From Candidatus Hodarchaeum mangrovi (GTDB lineage Archaea; Asgardarchaeota; Heimdallarchaeia; Hodarchaeales; Hodarchaeaceae), in the NCBI GenBank assembly GCA_016839515.1, contig JAEOUE010000116.1, forward strand, positions 1 to 33,041: a DNA stretch of 33,041 nucleotides, given 5' to 3'. How positions within the stretch are numbered: the first letter of the stretch is position 1; each line of letters begins with the position of its first letter. A program made the position numbers and the translations under genes. Shown one piece after another: positions 27,216 through 33,041 of the stretch. The notes under the pieces were generated by a model. That model was not told the origin of the DNA and did not search any database. It was given only the letters and a program-made list of their open reading frames with translations.

Positions 27216-27359
27216 AATAAATGACCCCAAGATTATAATTAAACTAATTGTTAGAAATATACACATTCATATTATTTTATGATTTTCTAGAAAAAAAATC
27301 CGAGAATTAAACTCATCTCATCAAGACATTAGAGAATAAAAAGAAAAGAAGAACAAGAA

Positions 27360-28868
27360 TTAAAATCCATATATTTTGGAATATTTTTTCTCGAGATACT
27401 GAATGAAATACTTAGGATTAATTTCCTCTCCTGTAATCCTTTTCATTAGTTCAGGAGGGTCATACATGTTAGCTGGTTTATGTACCTTCTCAATCATCCA
27501 ATTGATAATAGGTGATAACTGGCCGGTTTTAATCAACTCTTTAAAATTGGAGAGATCTTTGAGCATGGCATTTAACATTTGAGCGTTGTAAATATTGCCT
27601 AATGCATAGGTGGGAAAGTACCCGAAGGCACCACCAGCCCAATGAGTGTCTTGCATCACCCCTTCAGTATTATCTTCAATATCGACCCCTAAATAGTCTT
27701 TATATTTTCTATTCCAAACCGAAGGTAATTCATCAACAGAAATCTTACCTGTTAATAAATCACGCTCTATTTCAAACCGGATTATAATATGCAGACAATA
27801 AGTCACCTCATCTGCTGTTACCCTTATTTTTGATGGTATAACCCGGTTGAGGGCATGAACTAATGAATGTGTTTTAACATCAGAAAAGATCTCTCCTGTG
27901 ATCTTTTTGAAGATTGGTAAATAGTATTCCCAAAATTCTGGTGAACGCCCAAGAATATTCTCAATAAATCGACTTTGTGACTCATGAATTCCTAAACTAC
28001 AATAATTTCCTACAGATGTATAAAGAAAATCACGATTCAAATTCTGCTCATATAAAGCATGACCCGCTTCATGCATGACTGAATAAAATGAATCTACAAA
28101 ATCATTTTCATAATAATGTGTTGTTATTCGTACATCATCATAATATCCTGTTGTAAATGGATGCTCGGTTTCATCAATGGATCCTCGTTCAAGATCATAG
28201 TTAACAATGGATGCAATGGAGGTTGATAACCTTTTTTGAATTTCTATTGGGCAGTTTCGTTTAAGTAGCGAAATATCTGGCTGGTTTGAAGATGTAATAC
28301 ATTTTTCAATCAGGGGTATTAATCCAGCTTTCAGTTCATTAAATAATTTGGTAATAATATCAGAAGTCATTCCTGGTTCAAACTCATCAAGCAATACATC
28401 AAATGGCTCTAGATTAGGATTAATATAATGGGCTCTTTTCTTCGTAAGTGCTAAAATTTTATTTAATTCAGGTTTATAAAGTAGATAATTCTTTTCCTTT
28501 TTTGCTTCTTTCCATACTTGAATTGTCTTTGCTGATTGTGCTGCAATTTCTGCCACTAATTCGGATGGTACTCGAGTTTCTTTATCATATTCTCGCTTTA
28601 TAAGATAGAGATTCCTTTTTTCGATGTCTGTGAGGGTTCTATACTCAGGATGTTCCATTATTGTTTTCAATAAATTTCCAATAATGGGATCTGTTGTTTT
28701 TTCGTGAGCTACTTTAGCTAGATAAGCAAATTGTTTTGCCCTTTGCTCCACCCCTTTGGGAGGCATATAAGTTTCAAAATCCCAATTTAGAATATTTTGA
28801 ATTGTCCCAATCAATAAAGTTTCTTCTATAAGAGAAGTTAATTTATTGTAAGATTCTTTGAGTGACAT
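27360..28868 (-). CDS. Carboxypeptidase Taq family (peptidase M32)
   Basis: WDFETYMP, HPF, DVRITT, HEAGHALYEQ (HEXXH), HESQSRF, IRVTADE, GVMQDTHW, GYFPTYALG. Confidence 0.95.
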   Translation of the reverse strand: MSLKESYNKLTSLIEETLLIGTIQNILNWDFETYMPPKGVEQRAKQFAYLAKVAHEKTTDPIIGNLLKTIMEHPEYRTLTDIEKRNLYLIKREYDKETRVPSELVAEIAAQSAKTIQVWKEAKKEKNYLLYKPELNKILALTKKRAHYINPNLEPFDVLLDEFEPGMTSDIITKLFNELKAGLIPLIEKCITSSNQPDISLLKRNCPIEIQKRLSTSIASIVNYDLERGSIDETEHPFTTGYYDDVRITTHYYENDFVDSFYSVMHEAGHALYEQNLNRDFLYTSVGNYCSLGIHESQSRFIENILGRSPEFWEYYLPIFKKITGEIFSDVKTHSLVHALNRVIPSKIRVTADEVTYCLHIIIRFEIERDLLTGKISVDELPSVWNRKYKDYLGVDIEDNTEGVMQDTHWAGGAFGYFPTYALGNIYNAQMLNAMLKDLSNFKELIKTGQLSPIINWMIEKVHKPANMYDPPELMKRITGEEINPKYFIQYLEKKYSKIYGF

Positions 28869-28991
28869 TTACAGTTCTTACCTCTAATATTTTTCTATAA
28901 AACCCTTATTTATTTCTAAAATTATAACAGCTAGGGTAAGCAAGGCTTTTTGTAGTTCTTTTTTTCTCTTTGCCTCGAGGTAAAATTTCAG

Positions 28992-30110
28992 ATGGATTGG
29001 GATTCAATTAAATTTCCCACATTAATTATTGATGAAAAGAAAATTCGACAAAATATTCACAGAATCGCGACGAAAGCGGCTAATTCCAATGTTGTATTCA
29101 GGCCACACTTTAAAACACATCAGTCAAGAACCATTGGCACTTGGTTTAGAGAAAACCAAGTAAAAAATATCACTGTCTCCTCAGTTCGAATGGCAGAATA
29201 TTTCAGTACTGAATGGGATGATATAACGATAGCTATTCCAGTTAATACAAGGGAAATATCAAATATCAATAAACTAGCTGAAGTTATTAACTTAAATCTC
29301 CTATTAGAATCTAAATATACAGCTAAAAAAATAGAATCTAGTTTGATCAAACCTGTTAATGTATTTGTAGAGATTGATGTCGGTTATGGGAGAACAGGGT
29401 TATTATGGAACGATTTCAAAAATATTATTGACTTATTAAATTATATTAAATCATGTAAGAAACTAAAATTGAAAGGGATCTTAACTCATGCTGGTCAAAC
29501 CTATAATACTAAAACAAAAGAGGAAATCATTGAAATTTATCATGAAACCTCAAAAAATTTAATTCAGCTCAAAGAAGTTTTAAATAGAGAAGGGTTTCCA
29601 AATCTTATAATTTCAGTTGGAGACACACCAACAGCAAGCACATTAGATTCTTTTCCTTATGTTCATGAAATTCGTCCTGGAAATATGGTTTTTTTTGATT
29701 TACAACAAGGATTTCTAGGATCTTGCCATGAAAGTGATATAGCAATGTGTATTGCCTGTCCTATAATTGCTAAATATCCAGCTAGAAATGAGATCGTGAT
29801 TTATGGAGGCGCAATTCATTTATCAAAAGATTATATAGAGACTTTAATACAAGGTAATATTCAAAAAATCTATGGTAAAATTGCCCTTCCTACTGAGTCA
29901 GGTTGGACAGAATCTGTTCCTAATGCTTATATTAGGTCAATCTCGCAGGAACATGGGATAATTTCTGTGAATGACTCTAAATTAATGGAAAATTTAGCCA
30001 TTGGAGATGTAATTTTGATTTTACCAGTCCATTCTTGTTTAACTGCTGATCTATATTCCTATTATCTTACTCTAGATAATAAAAAAATTGAACGATTACG
30101 ATTAATCTAG
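28992..30110 (+). CDS. Fold-type III PLP enzyme, D-threonine aldolase / D-serine dehydratase-like
   Basis: PTLIID, RPHFKTH (PLP lysine), EIDVGYGRTG, HAG, GDTPT, EIRPGN, SQEHG, PVHSCLT. Confidence 0.88.
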   Translation: MDWDSIKFPTLIIDEKKIRQNIHRIATKAANSNVVFRPHFKTHQSRTIGTWFRENQVKNITVSSVRMAEYFSTEWDDITIAIPVNTREISNINKLAEVINLNLLLESKYTAKKIESSLIKPVNVFVEIDVGYGRTGLLWNDFKNIIDLLNYIKSCKKLKLKGILTHAGQTYNTKTKEEIIEIYHETSKNLIQLKEVLNREGFPNLIISVGDTPTASTLDSFPYVHEIRPGNMVFFDLQQGFLGSCHESDIAMCIACPIIAKYPARNEIVIYGGAIHLSKDYIETLIQGNIQKIYGKIALPTESGWTESVPNAYIRSISQEHGIISVNDSKLMENLAIGDVILILPVHSCLTADLYSYYLTLDNKKIERLRLI

Positions 30111-30117
30111 GTTGAAT

Positions 30118-30717
30118 TTACCTCCTAGTCCCAGGTTTCCAATGTTTTAAAAATTCAGCCCATTCTGGAATTGACATTACAAGATCTAATAGTTTTTGAG
30201 CAAGTTCTCTAATTTCCCATTGAGCCTCTGGTTTTAATCGTTGTTCTAAAAACCAAATCAACGAACTCATATTAAAGGTCCAGGTGATGGTCGTTTTGCA
30301 GGCATTAGGTAAACAAAATCTTGCATCTTCTTTTGGAATTTTATTATCAAGATAAAATCGATATTCCTCAGCTTCTTTCTCCCTAGCCTCAATATAGTAT
30401 TTTAAAAGCTCAGGACTATTCCGAATGCGAGGAGGAATAATAAACCAATCAGGGTCTGTTAAAGGATCAAAATACCTTTGTGACTCCTGCGTATAGGTGT
30501 TTCCAATCCGATGTCTCACAAGCTGGTGAGTGCATGCTCTACTTATTCCACTTATTTGAACAGTCATAGAAGAGTGTTCTAATACTGACCAATGTCCCCA
30601 ACTGAAGACTTTAAATGGAATATTCTCAATTTTTTCTCTTCGACGAGAAGTTGACATTCCTTTTACTATTCCATTAGTTCCAGTTGCTTGAATTAGTTTA
30701 ATTTCCACTTTTTTCAC
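30118..30717 (-). CDS. thyX: FAD-dependent thymidylate synthase
   Basis: GHWSVLEH, ISRACTHQLVRHR...QESQRY, EDARFCLP, AQWEIRELA. Confidence 0.95.
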   Translation of the reverse strand: MKKVEIKLIQATGTNGIVKGMSTSRRREKIENIPFKVFSWGHWSVLEHSSMTVQISGISRACTHQLVRHRIGNTYTQESQRYFDPLTDPDWFIIPPRIRNSPELLKYYIEAREKEAEEYRFYLDNKIPKEDARFCLPNACKTTITWTFNMSSLIWFLEQRLKPEAQWEIRELAQKLLDLVMSIPEWAEFLKHWKPGTRR

Positions 30718-30733
30718 CTAATAAAAATTTAAA

Positions 30734-31447
30734 TTAGTATAATGCATCTAGTGGCACTTTAATATCTTGATAGCGAAAAGAAAGTATATGTCTGGTTGTT
30801 TTTGGTGCAAATGGTTTTCTTGCTATTGCATTATCTATTACATCTTGCTTAGTCACATTTCTTCGAAGTAACGCAAATTTAGCTTTCCCTTTCTCCACCA
30901 TAGAGATTGAATAATCAACAGTTTTTGAATATTCAAAGCTTTTGGGATTAAAAGTATTAAGGAATTTATCAAAAATATCCTGTTGTGGTCCCTCTAAACG
31001 AAATCTCTTATTAGATGTGATTAAGGTAAATCCATACCTTGGATCAGCTAATATAGAAAGATCAAAAGTATCAATCGCAATCCACGTTATATTCAGCTTT
31101 GTTAGAACTTCAGGAAAAGTTACTCCCTCTAAATCCCCTGTATAAAGCGGATGCCAGGTATCAAGCGTGATTTCTTCATTTTCTAAATAATCGATTTCAA
31201 TACAAGGGATTTTTTTCCCTCCCAGCTCTTTTAAAGCTTCTACTCTGTGATGTCCATCAAGTACAACATTATAACCCTTTGCAACTAAAATAGGTCTAAA
31301 AAAATAGCCTAGAGTTTGTAAATTTTCTTTTAACCAATCAATTTGACTTCGAACGGTTTGTTCATGTCCAAATAAATCATCTATAGAAATCAATACAATT
31401 CTTTGCTGAATCAATGGACGTTCTAGAAACTCTTCATTGTTTGTCAT
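30734..31447 (-). CDS. ParB/Srx N-terminal-domain protein, possibly SerK-like kinase
   Basis: L.GHEQ, RPILV, VLDGHHRVEALKELG..KIP, C-terminal PKTTRH; no HTH. Confidence 0.7.
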   Translation of the reverse strand: MTNNEEFLERPLIQQRIVLISIDDLFGHEQTVRSQIDWLKENLQTLGYFFRPILVAKGYNVVLDGHHRVEALKELGGKKIPCIEIDYLENEEITLDTWHPLYTGDLEGVTFPEVLTKLNITWIAIDTFDLSILADPRYGFTLITSNKRFRLEGPQQDIFDKFLNTFNPKSFEYSKTVDYSISMVEKGKAKFALLRRNVTKQDVIDNAIARKPFAPKTTRHILSFRYQDIKVPLDALY

Positions 31448-31649
31448 TGTATTCCCTTATTACGTTCCAAACTAGCAGGATGATAAAAGGATCCTTTTTA
31501 TAATGATTCAACGAGGATTTTTAGTTATTAGGAATAATCAATCCTTAGGTAGGATCTCTTAAACTCATTACTTCCTATTTTTAGAGTAATCATTTCTTCC
31601 TTTAGATTTCTCAAAAATATTTTGCTTTCTAGAATCATATTCTTTTTGT

Positions 31650-32429
31650 TCATATAAACCAAAATATCCAAATTAATAGTGTTCCAATAAATAATTTAAG
31701 CAGATCTTTTAAATAAAAAGGTGTTTCAAATAAGTAAGTTCGTTCAGAATAGCAACCAAACCCTCTTCCCTCCATACTGATCGTTATATCTTTAATACGT
31801 TCTAGTGTTGATCCAATCAAAGGAATTAATGTGTATCTTAACAAGTTTACTAAACCTCGAAAGGTATTTGGATTTGTATTCAATCCACGAGCACTTTGAG
31901 CTTTTTGAATAATATTTGTTTCAATTGTAAAAACTGGGGCAAAGCGTAACGATAATGCCATTGTGTAGGCAATTCTATATGGAATTTTGAGTTTAATAAG
32001 AGATCGTGCAAAGGAAAATGGATTGGTGGAATTGACAAAAACCCAGCTAATTGCAATAATTCCAATAAATCGACCTATTATTAATAATCCATTAAATAAA
32101 CCCATTTCATAAACTGGGATAAAGGGACCAAAAATACTAATATTTGGGATGAGATAGAATAAAAATTTTCCATCGTGTACAAAAAGAACCTGTACTATTA
32201 AAATAAATGTTGAGAAAATTATCATCATTCTTATACGAGGTTTTGCTACATTGTATGGAAACTTACCCACTTTATAATAAGCTAAAATCAAGATTAAAAT
32301 CGAATATATTTTGATAAGATCATATAAATTGAATAATAAAATGGATAGAAAGAAAACAAAGATGAATTTTACTAATGGATTGGTCTCCTTAACTACAACT
32401 CTAGAATCCTCATTAAATACAAGACTCAT
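31650..32429 (-). CDS. ecfT: ECF transporter transmembrane component
   Basis: NPLVK, several TM helices, LSLRFAP, AQSARG and MEGRGF (two X-R-G motifs). 4-bp overlap with the upstream ATPase. Confidence 0.9.
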   Translation of the reverse strand: MSLVFNEDSRVVVKETNPLVKFIFVFFLSILLFNLYDLIKIYSILILILAYYKVGKFPYNVAKPRIRMMIIFSTFILIVQVLFVHDGKFLFYLIPNISIFGPFIPVYEMGLFNGLLIIGRFIGIIAISWVFVNSTNPFSFARSLIKLKIPYRIAYTMALSLRFAPVFTIETNIIQKAQSARGLNTNPNTFRGLVNLLRYTLIPLIGSTLERIKDITISMEGRGFGCYSERTYLFETPFYLKDLLKLFIGTLLIWIFWFI

Positions 32430-33041
32430 TTATTTTCCTCCTCTTTATTTTTAGCAGAATACCAATTTTTTAGAATCCCTTTTTTAAATAGAAGTAAATA
32501 ATCAGAAAAGGACTCGAGAAGAGAAATACGATGAGAAACAATTATTGTTGTAAGTTGATTTTCTTTTCTTAGCTTTATTCTTTCCAAAATATATTTAATA
32601 TTTCCATAACTCTGACCAATGAATGGTTCATCTAATAAAAGTATTTCGGGTTCGTACACTTCGACTGAAGCTAGATTTAACCGTCTTTTTTCTCCATATG
32701 ATAAAGTGAAAGGTGAGAATTGTTTATATTGTTCTAAAGCGGCCTGTTGCAGAAGATTATCAGCAATTTCATGAGATTCAGAAATTTTAAAATTTTTAGG
32801 AGCGAATAAAACTTCATCAAAAACAGTTTTTTCAAAGATCTGATGATTTGGATTTTGAAAAATAATTCCTATTTCTTTAGCTAATTTATGACTGGGGATA
32901 TTTTTTAAATTAACACCTTTAAAGAATATATTTCCATTATATGAAATTAAATTGGCTAATGTTAGAAGGAATGTCGATTTCCCTGCTCCATTTCTACCTA
33001 TTATGCCATATATATAACCTTTTTTTATTTTAAAAGAAATA
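32426..33041 (-). CDS. ecfA: ECF transporter ATP-binding protein (5' part outside the window)
   Basis: The frame stays open to the window edge: Walker A GRNGAGKST, IIFQNPNHQIF, signature LSYGEKRR, Walker B LLLDEP and SH switch. The ORF track shows only the last 77 aa. Confidence 0.88.
   Translation of the reverse strand, partial: ISFKIKKGYIYGIIGRNGAGKSTFLLTLANLISYNGNIFFKGVNLKNIPSHKLAKEIGIIFQNPNHQIFEKTVFDEVLFAPKNFKISESHEIADNLLQQAALEQYKQFSPFTLSYGEKRRLNLASVEVYEPEILLLDEPFIGQSYGNIKYILERIKLRKENQLTTIIVSHRISLLESFSDYLLLFKKGILKNWYSAKNKEEENK

Noticed and set aside
30734-31447. Chromosome-partitioning ParB
   Set aside because: No HTH or dimerisation domain and no adjacent parA.
2684-32065. Short 60-84-aa ORFs in the track (2684, 3515, 5188, 5416, 9376, 10505, 16780, 21568, 23251, 23916, 24644, 25274, 25502, 25943, 27602, 29120, 30942, 31880)
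   Set aside because: All overlap better-supported genes, antisense or in an alternative frame, and show no recognisable motifs.
1-33041. tRNA/rRNA genes, IS elements, prophage genes
   Set aside because: No GC-rich structured segments, transposase or integrase motifs, or terminal repeats were seen by eye; a tRNAscan/Infernal run would confirm.

Overview
AT-rich, gene-dense archaeal window. The gene content points to an Asgard archaeon, probably Heimdallarchaeia/Hodarchaeales-like; this is inferred from Rag-type GTPases, a longin-like domain, tandem Lrp regulators, mfnA and thyX. The standout is a three-gene cluster at 3276-15897. A ~3,090-aa single-pass surface protein carries 3x DUF2341+LamG, about 11 DxDxD Ig/cadherin-like repeats, a TM helix, and a cytoplasmic tail resembling the folliculin/SMCR8 longin (uDENN) domain, including an ARG motif at the position of the GAP arginine finger. 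It abuts a divergently transcribed pair of paralogous Rag/Gtr-family GTPases. The arrangement suggests a receptor-type GAP wired to a Rag-like GTPase pair. The rest is amino-acid/peptide metabolism (MfnA, IlvE, class I/II aminotransferase, fold-III PLP enzyme, M32 carboxypeptidase), regulators with candidate operators, a Cys-x3-repeat membrane protein, an RHH operon with a 9-bp repeat array, pirin, a YkgJ protein that needs a non-canonical start, a HipA/PI3K-like kinase, thyX, a ParB/Srx-fold protein and ECF transporter genes. I saw no RNA genes, CRISPR arrays or mobile elements. All family calls come from motif recognition by eye; no searches were run.
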